From the NCBI RefSeq assembly GCF_006345805.1, contig NC_042999.1:107260001-107324000 (forward strand): a stretch of DNA of 64,000 bases, written 5' to 3'. Below, piece after piece: positions 24,821 to 38,104 of this stretch (the first letter of the stretch is position 1; every line of letters starts with the position of its first letter). Position numbers and translations under genes: made by a program. The DNA is from Octopus sinensis (lineage: Eukaryota). The notes beneath the pieces were generated by a model, which saw only the letters and a list, made by a program, of their open reading frames with translations, had not been told where the DNA came from and made no database searches.

Positions 24821-24837
24821 ACTTTGGTCTTTGAATA

Positions 24838-25258
24838 TCTATTATATAAAATCCCTTCTATCTGTCTGTGTGTGTGTCTTCTAGGATCTCAGTAGCTGTG
24901 TAAATAGCTCACCATCCGATTGCATTCAAATTTGATATGTGGATATCGACGGTATCAGGGCAGTTTGCACATGCAGTTTGTACAAAAAAAGCCAGCTGGC
25001 TTGAAATAATGCCACAAAATGCAGTATATAGTCTTTTACCTATTTGTGTGAATAAAATCGTTTTTCTTTGGAATAGAAAAAAGTCTATCTTTATTTCTTC
25101 TTTTGCTGGTGTCTCAAATTTAGGTTAAATGGGTGTTTCTCAAAGGGGAGGCCTATGAGATGGTCAGACAAGTTGTTTTGAGAAAATTTGGTTTAAATGT
25201 TTGACAACTCAGCACCGTCCATTGGACAAGGGGAGGGGCGTTTTGCTCATATTAATAT
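24838..25258 (+). mobile_element. Non-autonomous Helitron-like element (copy 2)
   Basis: A|TCTATTATATAAAATCC start, subterminal (C/T)GTCCATTGGACA hairpin; homologous to 21652-22035. Confidence 0.55.
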
Positions 25259-26469
25259 AAAATAAGAATGAAATAAATGAAATAAAGTAAATAAGAACAA
25301 AGTAAATGAATAAAATGAATGAAATTGAAATAAAGATAGAGAGATAGAAAAATCATAACATGAAAAGGTAAATTACTACAAATATAGTTTTTCAGTTTCC
25401 TGAAGCAGTGCCTGAAAAGGTCCAAGAAAGGCAGTGTATAGTTGAGAGATGTTGTAGGTGCAGTTACCTCCCCTGATGGTAGCTGTCTAAATAGCTCATC
25501 TCAAGGTGGAGTAGCATGTAACTTTGAAATTCTAGGACTTGTCTCTCTCTCTTTTTCACTGCGGCTCACAGCAAGCAAGACATGACTTCCTCGGCTCTTC
25601 ATCTCACCTTGGGGAGATGCACAACCATGAGACAAGCAACAGCAAGTAGACATTAAGCCACTATGACTTGGATTCCACAGAAGATGAACATGGTCTTCAC
25701 TTGCAAATATTTTGTATAACTTATTCTACTTGTACATATCTGAGACCTCAAGTAAAAGGCATAAAAACTACAACTTGGTTCTGAGATGTTCAATACATGG
25801 TGTTCTTTCTTCACAAAGTGATATCTTCTTTTCCATCTTTCTGAACAGAGCCGTTATTTAGATGGTTCTGCCACGCTAGGCAACAGCACATCTAAAATGC
25901 TCTCTTAAGTAATATCAAACCAGATATACCAGTCACAGTGAAGACAAAGTTAATGCATTACTACAAAGGAATGATGAGCACAATTAGCACATTTAGTTGA
26001 GATATTGTAAATGGACAAAGTCATATCAGTTTATAGCTCTGGTGAAATATGAAGTTTATGTGCTAGTTTGAGACATTATGAAAAAACAAGTGCCATAGTT
26101 AAAGGTTTTATGCAAAGAAGCAGATATTTACAAAATCTAAGATTGTAAAATAGATGTGGCATTGATGTAGTAGAGCATAAACCTCATTTTAGGTGTTAGT
26201 AATTCATAGGCATAGAGATGAAAATAAAAGACATAGAGAGATCTGGGAAAAACATAGAAATAAGAGAGTAAGATGCATAATTATGTAATAAGGTAATATT
26301 AACTAATTTCCCTAAGATAATGTTGGAAAGCTAATTTTAATTCATGCTTACAGTTAATAATTAATTCTTTGCATTTATTGAATAAATTCTCACTATTAGC
26401 TTATAAAATTTCCACAGCTTCATGAAGACATACTCTGCAGGTTCATCTATTGCCTTGATTAGGTTCGTT

Positions 26470-26640
26470 TCAAATTATAATAGACCAGTTAATAAGAAAC
26501 CTTACATTCTTGGAATTTAAGGAAGAAATATATTCTGCTAGTGGTGTCAAACATTTTGATATATCATTAATATAGGAATGCTTATGAACAGAAATTCTCT
26601 CCTTGACTAAGTTAATTGTAGCTCTAATGTAAAAACAAGT
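26470..26640 (-). mobile_element. PLE GIY-YIG endonuclease remnant
   Basis: FYIRATINLVKERISVHKHS..TPLAEY resembles YIGET..L..R..EH..PVAEH. Confidence 0.45.
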
Positions 26641-26671
26641 TGTATTATTGGTTCTATCTGCACACTCATGA

Positions 26672-27020
26672 AGGCACATGGCTCAGTGATTAGAGTGTCA
26701 GGCTCACAACTGTGAGGTTGTGTGTTCAATTCCTGGACTGGACTGTATGATGTGTTCTTCAGCAAGATACTTTATTTCACATTGCTCTAGTTCACTCAGC
26801 TGTAGAAATGATGCCAAGCTATATTGGCCTTTGTCCATCCTTGGACAACATCGGTGGCATGGAAAGGGAAGACTGGTATATATGGATGACTGCTGATCTT
26901 CTACAAACAACCTAGCATAGACTTGTACCTCAGAGGGGAACTTTCTAGGTGCAATCCCACGGCCATTTGACTACATTCCAGTACATCTAAGGAACAATCT
27001 TTCTTAGATCTACAATTACA
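26672..27020 (+). mobile_element. tRNA-derived SINE (family C-type head)
   Basis: TGGCTCAGTGATTAG A-box, GTTCAATTCC B-box, AGCAAGATACTTTATTTCAC core. Confidence 0.7.
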
Positions 27021-27124
27021 GTTGTTCTCTAAATCAAAAAGCCAATTTAAATTATTGCATACACATACACACATACAAATGATCAGATGGTGCCTGACCA
27101 CTTCAAAAGATATATATAACATAC

Positions 27125-27195
<71 letters not shown>

Positions 27196-28324
27196 GGAGA
27201 TGTATGTATTTATCAATCTATCTATATTTACATCTGTCTATCTTTCCCTCTCTCTGTCACACACACACACACATTCTCTCTCTCTCTCTCTCTCTCTCTA
27301 AATATATATATATATGCACATACATATGTATGTATGTATGTATTATTCCTTTCTCAAAGCAGTATGTTATGCTCCTCTTTACTTAATGGAGATTAAGTAG
27401 CTAAAGTATTACGCTAGCTGAGAGGATAAGATATTTTACTTTTGTCTAATCAACTATTGATTTATATTCTGTTACTATTGTTACTGGTGTGCAATACTTT
27501 GCTGTTTTCTAAGGCAAAATACCCAGTTTCTTTCTGTGTTTTTTTTTTGTTTCATACTCTAATTTATCGAAAGGGAATTGGAATTACTTGTAGTAGTAGT
27601 ATAGGAGGAGGAACTAAAAGTAAAAATATAATAAACAATATGGATGAGGTAAAATAAAGCAAGAAAAAATATGGAACCAATAACAACAAGACAAAAAAAA
27701 TTAAAAGAAAATGGTGAAGATGAACACAAACAAGAACCTGAAGATCATGAAGGAAATCTGGGATAAGAAATTGGGAATTTGAACATTTTAATAGATATTC
27801 TGTTTAAATCCTTGCATATCAGTAAGTTCTAGGACATTGTTCTTTGTAAACTACTATTAGAAATTATTGTATAAAATGACAATAATCTAATAGGATATAT
27901 TTAGACAATTAAATTCTTATATATAACACGGCTAAGCACGTAGATTTCGGATGCTCACTACACCCACTTTATAGTGATAAATCAATATTTAGCTACGTCA
28001 AGTTTGTACGTAGTAATGGAAACATTTGCACTGGGATTCACAGCTATCATTATTTAGTTATTATCCATTTGGATTTCCTATTCAAAAGTTCCTTTAAGTA
28101 AGTTAGCTCTTTTAAAGATCGCTGTGATCCATAAGGGCAGTGCTTATCTTTGGATTAAACAGCATTAAGGAAATGGAAGATAATATACTCCATGAATGTA
28201 GCTCAATATAGCAATGTTATAATATACAGAAAAGAAGGCAGACACATTTGAAGGATTTCTCTTTGTTTTCTTAATAAAGATTTGTTGTGGTATGTTAAAC
28301 TGGAGTTAGCCTGTTATCTTCTAT

Positions 28325-28965
28325 TCTTTACTTTGAGCCATACCAGAGCACCATCTTGAAGAATTTTTTAGTCAAATGGGTCTACGCCATTACTTATTTT
28401 TTGTTAAACCTGGTACTTATCATTCAATCGGTCTTTTTTGCCAACCTGCAAAGTTATGGGAACATAAACACACCAACATTGGTTGTCAAGCGGTGATGCA
28501 GGACAATCGCCCAAGGTGACATGGTGAGGGACTGAACCCAGAACCATGTAGTTAGGAAGCAAGCTTCTTATTTTTTATTTCTTTATTGCCCACAAGGGGC
28601 TAAACATAGAGGGGACAAACAAGGACAGACAAACAGATTAAGACGATTATATCGACCCCAGTGTGTAACTGGTACTTATTTAATTGACTCCGAAAAGATG
28701 AAAGGCAAAGTCGACCTTGGCGGAATTTGAACTTAGAACGTAAAGACAGACGAAATATCACTAAGCATTTTGCCTGGTGTGCTAACGTTTCTGCCAGCTC
28801 ACCGCCTTCTTTCAGTTTTTGTCTACCAAATCCTCTCACAAGGCTTTGGTTAGCCTGAGGTTGTAGTAGAGAACATTTGCCCAAGATGACATGGTGAGGG
28901 ACTGAACCCAGAACCATGTAGTTAGGAAGCAAGCTTCTTACCACGCAGTCACATCTGTGCCTATA
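28325..28965 (-). mobile_element. SINE family A, rearranged, with nested SINE B
   Basis: Tail at 28325, head at 28880-28965; 62 bp of the head is duplicated at 28509-28570. Confidence 0.8.
28575..28808 (-). mobile_element. SINE family B
   Basis: Complete family B sequence on the minus strand. Confidence 0.85.
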
Positions 28966-29254
28966 CACTTTCTAAAGCAGTTCCTAAGGGGAATTTAAAA
29001 TAGCTTCCATAAGGGATTGATAATGTTCATAGACCAACACAGTGGTATAACTTACAGTTACTCATTGATGATGCTTACCAATCAAAAGATAGAAAGGAAG
29101 TAGAATATGTAATTCTGAATTCTGAAGCCACTCAGTTTACTAAGATGATTCTCACTGGTTTTAAGATAGAGATGTGGCTATAGAATATCTTGTTTAGTTT
29201 AGTTAATTCTCTTTGTCCCATAGAGTTTTCTTACAAAAGTTAAAAAGAATTAAT

Positions 29255-29662
29255 GGCATAGCTGTGTGGTAAGAAGCTTTCTTCCCAACCATATAGTTTC
29301 AAGTTCAGTTTCACTGCATGACACCTTGGACAAGTGTTTTCTATTATTACTTTGGGCCAAACGAAACCTTATGAGTGGATGTGATAGATGGAAACTGAAA
29401 GAAGCCCTGTGTGTGTGTGTGTGTGTGTGTCTGTGTGTGTGTGTGCCTTTGTGTTAGTGTTTATCTCCCACCACTGCTTGACAGCTGGTGTTGATTTCTT
29501 TACATCCCAGTAACTTAGCAGTTTGGCAAAAGAGACTAATAGAATAAGTACCAGACTGGAAAAAAAAAGGTAACAGGCCCAATTCATTTGACTAAAAGTT
29601 CTTCAAGGTGGTGCCCCCGCATGGCTGCAGTCTAATGACTGAGATAGATAAAAGATAAAAGA
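29255..29662 (+). mobile_element. SINE family A
   Basis: Head, core, (TG)n and tail. Confidence 0.85.
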
Positions 29663-29705
29663 TAACTCCAGCTACAACAATCTAATATTGCTTACAAAAT
29701 AACCA

Positions 29706-29922
29706 CGTTTAGCATTTAAACCAACCATATCCAGCCAAACTATTCCACCTGTTTTATGCTCAAACTAGTTAGATCTGGCCTCTCACACCAACCCTACAAT
29801 GACATTCTGAAAACTAACAGCTACCTCATCAAAATCTCAAAGCTACAAGATAATGCATAATTAATTCAAAACAATGAATAAATAAGCATTATATTTAACA
29901 GAATAATCTGAATGCTAAAGGG
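29706..29922. mobile_element. piggyBac-like MITE (same family as 8912-9132)
   Basis: TTTAGCATTTAAAC ... TCTGAATGCTAAAGGG termini; internal similarity to the first copy. Confidence 0.65.
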
Positions 29923-30584
29923 TTAGCCTTTTGGCATTTAAAATATGCCAAAAGCTGACTAAATTGCTGATATAATCAATCACTAAGTTTTCTATACTGG
30001 ACAAAAAGTGGTATGGTCATAACTGGAAGGTCTCTGTTCATATGTCTGCTGACTAAAGGCTGATCTAAGTAGCTGATTCACTTCTTGAAATGGTTACTGT
30101 TTACAGTACAGTGCTCACTATTACAAACTACAATGTAGATAAGCACCATCCCTACCAACCAAAATTAAACCCAGTCATTCAAGATGCTAGAAACAGCAGC
30201 CAGATCTCCTACATGTCAATTTATACAGTCCTAAATAATGGACATATTAGATAATATAGTCCTAAATACCTATAAAAATTTTTTTAAAGTATTAGATAAT
30301 TACAGTTAGATGTTTTGAACACATGTCTACCCTATCATAATTGACCTGTGGTTAAACACAAACTAGACATCAAAGACAGTAAATTAATTACATCCTCGAC
30401 ATCATCTTTGTTCTCCTCGTTGTTATTGCCGTCATCGTTATCATCAGCAACATTCTCTGTGCTTCATACAACTGCAGCTGAGTCAAACTAACATGTTCTC
30501 ATGTAAATTAATGTTTATCTAATTGGCCTGTAATTTGAACAGACTCCTGTATTACTTGAGAACAGCTGACATCATTTACAACAT

Positions 30585-30618
30585 TAAATATATATATAAA
30601 TATATATAATTATATATA

Positions 30619-30657
<39 letters not shown>

Positions 30658-31670
30658 AATAAGTGTGTGTATGTATACATATACATATGTGTCTGTATGT
30701 GTATATATAAATACACACACACACACATATATATATATATGCACATATATGAAGGTATTTATAAACATGCATGAATTTAATTACATATAGCTTCATATAT
30801 ACACTCACACAGACATATATGTGTGTGTGTATGTGTCTGTGTGTGTGTGTCTCTGTGTGTATGTATCTATGCATATAAATGTGTTTGAGAGGAGTAGAAG
30901 TATATGTGTGTTTGTATGTGCATGCACGCGCATGCACACACACACACACACACACACACCACACACACACACACACACATGTATATACATACACATGCTC
31001 ACACACAGATACATATATAGAGTGAGAAAGTGGGTGTGAAGAGGCAGGAGAGACACACACAAACGAGCAAGCTTACGTATTTACCTTTGTCACTTAGTGT
31101 GTATATGTATTTATGTATCAATTATGTATGATATAGTTCACTAGAGAAAACATGGGTAACTTCATTGTTTGATTTTGTATTTATTCTTCAGACACTGTAC
31201 ATTATATATACAGAGGGTAAAGTATGCGTCTTCTTAAGTCCTTATGTAAATGTGTAAAATGTGAGTGAGTTACTGTTTGTATATTCATGTACATTAGTGT
31301 ATGAGTGTATTTGAATGTGTGATGATGGGTTTTCAAGGTTTAGGAGGCTGTTTGTCATGAAGTGTGTATATACAACTATATGTAAGTATGTATGTACATG
31401 CATACTTATGTATATAAGTATGTATGCTTTAATGAGTGTGTGTGCGTAAGTATGTATGAAATATATATATATACATATATATATATCTATATACATATAT
31501 ACACATCTATATACATATATACACATCTATATACATATATATACATATTTATATATACATATATATATATATGTATACACATATATATATATGTATGTAT
31601 CTATGTATCTATGTATCTATGTATGTATATGTATGTATGTATATGTGTATATACCCACATGTAAGTGGTA
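30585..31670. repeat. Compound (TA)n/(TG)n/(CA)n microsatellite region
   Basis: Directly visible. Confidence 0.85.
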
Positions 31671-31894
31671 AGTGTTGGAGTGTAAGATAGTGAGGGAATT
31701 ATATAAATATTACTTCCTTTATTTGAATTTCTATGAGTATTCTAATATATAACTACCTAATGGTTTCCTGCTGTACAAATGTGAATTTCAGAATCTGTGA
31801 TGAAAATTTCCTGTCCATTCCTCTGTTAGCTTTACAGAGTTGCTCGCACTTTTACTTTTTCATGTGTGTGCATTTATATATGTGTGTGTGTGTA

Positions 31895-31926
<32 letters not shown>

Positions 31927-31954
31927 TGTGTGTATGTATATATATAAATAAAGG

Positions 31955-32380
31955 TGCAGGCATGGCTGTGTGGTAAGAAGCTGACTAACCACTTGGTCCC
32001 GGGTTCAGTCCCACAGTATGGCACCTTAGACAAGTGCATTCTGCTAAAACCTTGCGCCAGCCAAAGTCTTTTGAGTGGATTTGGTAGACAAAAACTGAAA
32101 GAAGCCCATTGTATGTAAGTATATATATACATGTGTGTGTGCATGTGTATGTATGTATATTTCTCTGTTTGTTTTGTATTTGTCCCCAACCACCACTTGA
32201 CAACCGGTGTTGGTGTGTTTATGTCCCTTTAGCTTAGTGGTTTGGCAACAGAGACCAACAGAATGAATGCTAGGCTCAAACAAAAAATTCCTGAAGTCGA
32301 TTCGTTTAACTAAAACCTTTCAAGGCAGTGCCCCAGCATGACCATAGTCAAGTGACAGAAACAAGTAAAAGAAAAAAGAT
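31955..32380 (+). mobile_element. SINE family A
   Basis: Head, core and tail. Confidence 0.85.
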
Positions 32381-32397
32381 GAAAATATATATATATG

Positions 32398-32440
<43 letters not shown>

Positions 32441-33574
32441 GTCTGTTTTCAAGAGAAGTTGTTACTAGTTACTTTTGAAGTCTTCTTTGAATAGTCAGAT
32501 GTCAGAAAGAAACAATGCAGTTATTAATAAGAAGATTTTAAAATTGATGCATGAAAATTTTACAGCTCTAGCACCACTCCAGTAAACGTTTCCCTCACAC
32601 ACACACACCTACCCTCACATGCACACACACATATACACATACATATATGTATACACACACATACACACACACACTCTTATATAGGTATTATATATATTAG
32701 ACAGATAAAGGAAAGAGAGAGAGAGATAAACAGACAAACAGACAGATAGATAGATAGATTTGATGACCTTGTCAGTGATGGTGTCATATAAAAAGCACTG
32801 GTGCAGGTGCCACATAAAAGGCACTCAGTGCACTCTATAAAGTATTTGGCGTTAAGAAGGGTCTCCAGCTGTTTGAAGCTCCAAAGAAGTTATAGGGGTA
32901 ATTCACAAATATGCAACTACGAGTGTACTGCAACCTAAACAGAAACAGCTGTAAGCTAATGAAGCTCATGACAATTTCCTGTTCTTGTGTCATTTTAATT
33001 TCTAATCACACACACACACACACACACACATCAAATAATTGGTCACATGTCAGTAAAACACAAAAAAGACTAACATGTCCCTAGATCAGCTGTCCTCTTT
33101 CCTTCACTCTTCTGTCCATATTCACTCCTTAAAATGTTGAATAGCCCTAGACCTCCTCTTACACTACCCTCCCTATCACCTTTTCAGCCCTAACCCTCCC
33201 ATTTTCTCAACCTTGTCTCTCATCCCTTCTCTCTCCTTGGTTCACTGCCATACTCCCCCATCCTCTCTTTTTGCCAAACCACTAAGTTATGCAGATGTAA
33301 ACAAACTGACTCCAGTTGTCAAGCAGTCAGGGGAGACAAACAGAGACATAAAGACACACAAACACACACACATACATCATTGTTCATCCATTATCCTTCT
33401 ACTTAGGATCATTGCCCACGTTTTTTCTGTTCTCCCTCAATTATAGAAGCAACCTCAGGGCCTTAACCTTACAAGTTAGGAGGTAACCATTACTTGTGCT
33501 GGTGCCATAACAAAACACCTGATACCCTCTGTGAAAGTGGTTGTTGTCAGGAGAGGTATTTAACAATAGAAGGT

Positions 33575-33995
33575 TTGCGAGCTGGCAGAAATGTTAGCAC
33601 GCCGGGCAAAATACTAAGCGGTATTTCGTCTGCTGTTACATTCTGAGTTCAAATTCCACTGAGGTCAACTTTGCCTTTCATCCTTTCGGGGTCGATAAAT
33701 TAAGTACCAGTTATGCACCTGGGTGGATGTAATCGACTTAATCCGTCTGTCTGTCCTTGTTTGTCCCCTCTGTGTTTAGCCCCTTGTGGGTAATAAAGAA
33801 ATAGAAATAGGTATTTGGTCTGCTGTTATGTTCTGAGTTCAAATCCTGCCGAGGTCGACTTTGCCTTTCATCCTTTTGGGGTCGATAAATTAAGTACCAG
33901 TTACGCACTGGGGTCGATATAATCGACTTAATCCGTTTTCTGTCCTTGTATGTCCTCTCTGTGTTTAGCCCCTTGTGGGTAGTAAAGAAATAGGT
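33575..33995 (+). mobile_element. Two SINE family B copies in tandem (second lacks its 5' start)
   Basis: Core and tail repeated at ~33575-33805 and ~33812-33995. Confidence 0.85.
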
Positions 33996-34496
33996 ATTCA
34001 ACAATAGAAACTATGCCAAAATACTTTGATGCATGTACAATAATCCAACATATCAGACACTGTCAAACTAGTCAACGCAAGACAGCATGGGAGTCGGATG
34101 TTGAATAATGATGATGATTATGAATTGGCTTGAAGTCATCCATCCACCTTAAATATTCATGAAATTATTAAGAAAGCCATATGTCTATGTGAGAAGATTC
34201 ATTGAGATTTATTTTACCCCATATAACTTGATGACTTATATTTGGGATAGATTAATATCTTGTACTCTGTCTTGGGGTATATTCTTTCATAAATCTCCTC
34301 CCACCATCATAATGCAAGTAAACTGAACTAATTAACTACATTTCAACAAGTAATACATGCTATAATTAATTTCCCTTTAATTAGTTCTGTTACTAATATT
34401 CACCTATCTATCTCCTTGTATATCAGTGCAGCTATATGTATAATTATACATGCACGCATGCACACACACACAAACACACACACATATATATATATA

Positions 34497-34660
34497 CAAT
34501 GGGCTTCTTTCAGTTTCTGTCAACCAACTCCACTCACAAGGCTTTGGTCATCCCAAGACTATATTATAAGACACTTTCCCAAGGTGCTACAGAGTGGGAC
34601 TGAGCCCATGACCATGTGGGTGGGAAGCAAGTTTCTCACCTCACAGCCACGTCTGTGCCT
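34497..34660 (-). mobile_element. SINE family A, 5' part
   Basis: Head and core. Confidence 0.75.
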
Positions 34661-34963
34661 AGATATATATATATATATATAATATATATATATATATATT
34701 ATTACTTCTGGAATAATCGCAATGCATTTTTCAAAACATATTTTGGAAGTACAAATGATTTGAATAACACCTGCAATTGACTTCATTTCTTAATTTATCC
34801 ATGTCATCAAAAACATTTCACTAAACCCTGGAATTTCTCCCTTTATATGTAAGCTGTAATATCCTTGGTGCTTATGTGAAATTTTTGCTACCCTGGTAAC
34901 TATTTATTTATTTATTTATTTCTTCTTTGTTATTTATACACATTGAAAAAATACATATACATT

Positions 34964-35002
<39 letters not shown>

Positions 35003-35004
<2 letters not shown>

Positions 35005-35210
35005 AATCCAAATATGAACAAGCAAGAAAAAACAACAACGTGAGGACATGGAATAAGTACAGTGTTATTGGATGCTCAGGAAAGGAAAGAAAAGAAAGAG
35101 GATTTCACATTTTGAGCAGAGCTCTTTATCAGAAATGTAGAAAAAGTCCAAAGAAGGGAGGACAGAGAAAGAAAATCGCCAACGATACACATGCGGTCAC
35201 TGGAAAATGT
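35003..35210 (-). mobile_element. PLE-type pLTR fragment with a decayed hammerhead (35103-35135)
   Basis: Minus strand UUU-CUGAUAA-A-GAGC(UCU)GCUC-AAAAU-GUG-AAA: same layout as 57317-57354 but with core transitions. Confidence 0.6.
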
Positions 35211-35299
35211 GTATTTGAAAATGCACATAAATTTCAAAAACTTGTAAATGCTTAAAATACATTTATTTACATATATACCAAACTAGTTTCAACAATATT

Positions 35300-37403
35300 T
35301 TTTGTTTATCAATGGTAAAAGTTTAAAATTAGGAAAACATCTTTAAAAGTTTCAATGTTGACAAATTAAAGTGTTTCAATATTGATAAACTAAAATGTTT
35401 CAATGTTGACAAATTAAAATGTTTCAATGTTGATAAATTAACATGTTCAAAACAGAAGCTGTAAGTTTGAGTGTTCATAGCAGTCAATAAAATTAAAACT
35501 GTATTTCATTTTGTTTGAACGTACAAAGTTCATTAATTTTAGTGGTGGTCGACAAGTTATACTGAAAAATACAAGTGTGAAATGAAAATAGTAAAAAAAA
35601 TGGGAATTTGGTTTACAGTTTCTCTGATCCTCTTCTAATAGACGCTTTTACTTGTAGTGGTATGTTTTAGGATCAGATGAATTTATAATTTTTTTTCCAT
35701 GAGCAGTTCTGATTTTTGATTAGTTAAAATACTGGTGATTTTTTTTTTCCTGGTCAAGCTTGTCATTCTGCTTGGTTGGTTTCTCTGTGGATATGGTCAT
35801 AAGTTGTTCCAGTTGGCTGGTTCTCTTAAAGGGTCATTTTGTTGTATTTGCTGAAATTCAGTTTTGATTGGTCTGGAGTTAGGTGAAGTCAGCAACTGGT
35901 GTTTGTAGAATTTCAATGAACTGGAAGTGGGTGACATCAGCAACTGATGTTTATATGGTGATTTGGAATTTCAGTTTCAGAGCTCAGGTGGAAGATTGTT
36001 ACTAAAGTTTTTAAAAAAAATTTTTTGTTGTTCCTCGTTTTTTGTGTTGAAATTTAGTCTTTTTCTGCTTTTTCTTCTTTCTAAAGGATATTCAGCTGTG
36101 GTTTATATTTTTTAATCAGTATGTCTTCCTTATTTAAATGGAATTGGGTTGAAGTTTTCCAGTGCATTGATAGAGAGGGAAGATTTGGTATTTAGGGTTT
36201 ATGTCTACGGGGCATTGGTCTAGGTGCTTGCTTAAAGGAATTTTCCTAGTAGTGGGATCCCAGATTTGTTGCCTGTGTACCGTAAGTCTATCCCTCAAAG
36301 TTAAGCTAGTTTGACCAATGTAGTCACCACCACAACCTCCACATTTAAGAACATAGATTAAGTTCTTTGAAGCATAGGTGAAGTCATATTTTATGGTAAA
36401 AGTTTGACCTGACATAAATTTGTATGTTGAGCCCTCTAAGAGGAAGATGCAAGTTCTGCAGTTAGGGTGGTTGCACTTTCTGACTTGTGGTGTTGTATTT
36501 TTGGTGGGTAATTTGACGCTGGTGAGTAATGTTTTAGGGATTGCGGTTGTCTCTTGCTTTTAACAATCCAATGTGTTTCTAGTGCCTTTTTCATTTGTGA
36601 GTCCTTCATAAGGAGAGGGTATGTTTTGGTGGATGATGTTGTATGCTTCCATGTTTCTTGGATTGTGTGTTGATACATAAGATAGAGTTTTAAGTGTGTC
36701 ATGGTGTTTTCTTGTTTTCCATATCTCTTGAATGTCTATCATTTTTGCACATTCTATTCCATTTTGATTAGACTGGCTGGGTATGTTATATCTAGTAAAG
36801 TGTTTTTAAGTTCTTGGAGTTGCTTTTCTCGGGTTTTGGGATTTGATACAATCATGCAAATTCTTCTTGCTAAGTTGAATGGTATATTTATTTTAGAATG
36901 TTTTGGGTGGCAAGAAGAGAATTGAAGATATTGTTTTGAGTCCATTGGTTTGAAGATGTCGGTTTCAATTTCAGTATCTCTCTTTATGATGTCCAAGAAG
37001 GGCAGTTCTTTGTGGCTGTATTCCATTGTAAACTGGATACTGTGGTTAATGCTGTTGATTAAGTTTTTAAATTTTGTGAGTTGTTTATGGTTATGTGGCC
37101 ACAGGGTGAAACAGTCATCCAGATATCATTTCCAGTTGGTGAGAAAGTATTTTTGGAAGTTATCTCCAAATTTCAATCTGGTGTGTTTGTATATTTGGAC
37201 TTCCAAAGTTGGCAAAAGTAGGCGCTACTCTAGTTCCCATCACCGTGCCTGATTTTTGTCTATAAGTGTTTTTGTTTGTTGTACCTACAGAATAATTTCT
37301 TCAATTTCTGATCCCAAAACATACACCTACAAGCAAAAGCATCAATTAGAAGAGGATCAGAGGAACTGTAAACCAAGTTCCCTCTTTTTTACTATTTTCA
37401 TTT
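35300..37403 (-). mobile_element. Penelope-like element, 5'-truncated (RT C-terminal half plus GIY-YIG), with an inverted terminal repeat copy
   Basis: SGTVMGTRVAPTFAN, YLDDCF, PFLDI, YLQFSSCHPKHSKINIPFNLARRI and NLIYVLKCGGCGGDYIGQT..RLTVHRQQI; 35581-35680 is inverted at 37310-37403. Confidence 0.9.
35349..35447. repeat. 24-bp minisatellite, ~4 copies
   Basis: GTTTCAATRTTGAYAAAYTAAAAT repeated in tandem. Confidence 0.85.
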
Positions 37404-38104
37404 ACTATAGCTTAGCAGTTTGACAAAAAGACATCAATATTTTAAGTACCAGGTTTCACAAAATTATTGTGTTCAGTTTGTTTGACTAGACCCTTCAAGG
37501 TTGTGCTCCAGCATGGCTACAGTCCAATGACTGAAACAAGTAAAAGATTAAAACCATGAAGTGTGGAATGATGTTGATGGATTCATTTGGAAAAATTTCC
37601 TTATTTTGGTTGTTATAATCAGAATTTTCTGGCTGTTGAATCATTCTTCAAGTGCCTGTTCTATTCAGTAACATACTTTGAACTGAACCCTTTAACAAAT
37701 AAATAGATGTTTCACATTCGGTTGTTCATACCAAAGACATTCTTACATTAGTTATTCTTCTATTCATATTGCTTGCTTATCCAACGTGTATCGGAGTACA
37801 TATAGATTGACTAACCCAGTGACTGAATTCATTCCATCGAAGCGTGCTTCACATCTATTGAAGCATGCTTACATCATCTCTTTCCTGCTTTCATACAAGC
37901 TCTACATTCAAGGCCTATGCTACATACACTACTGTACACAATTGTGCTTCATATACATACATCATACAAACTACTTTTCTCTACGAGAGAGAGAGGGGGG
38001 ATAGGTAATAACTCCCTCAACATTTCTCATTCCATTCCTACTCTAGCTGGACTGGACTACTCACCTCTAGCTTGGATTGGAATACTCACCTCTGGTACTG
38101 ATTA

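Noticed and set aside
25848-25910. Hairpin TTTAGATG...CATCTAAA behind a good splice acceptor (pre-miRNA or terminal exon SRYLDGSATLGNSTSKMLS*)
   Set aside because: The stem spans only ~42 nt, too short for a pre-miRNA; no miRNA seed recognised; no supporting neighbouring exon.
27670-27770. Short ORF MEPITTRQKKLKENGEDEHKQEPEDHEGNLG with a good start context
   Set aside because: 31 codons in purine-rich low-complexity DNA; no splice or homology support.
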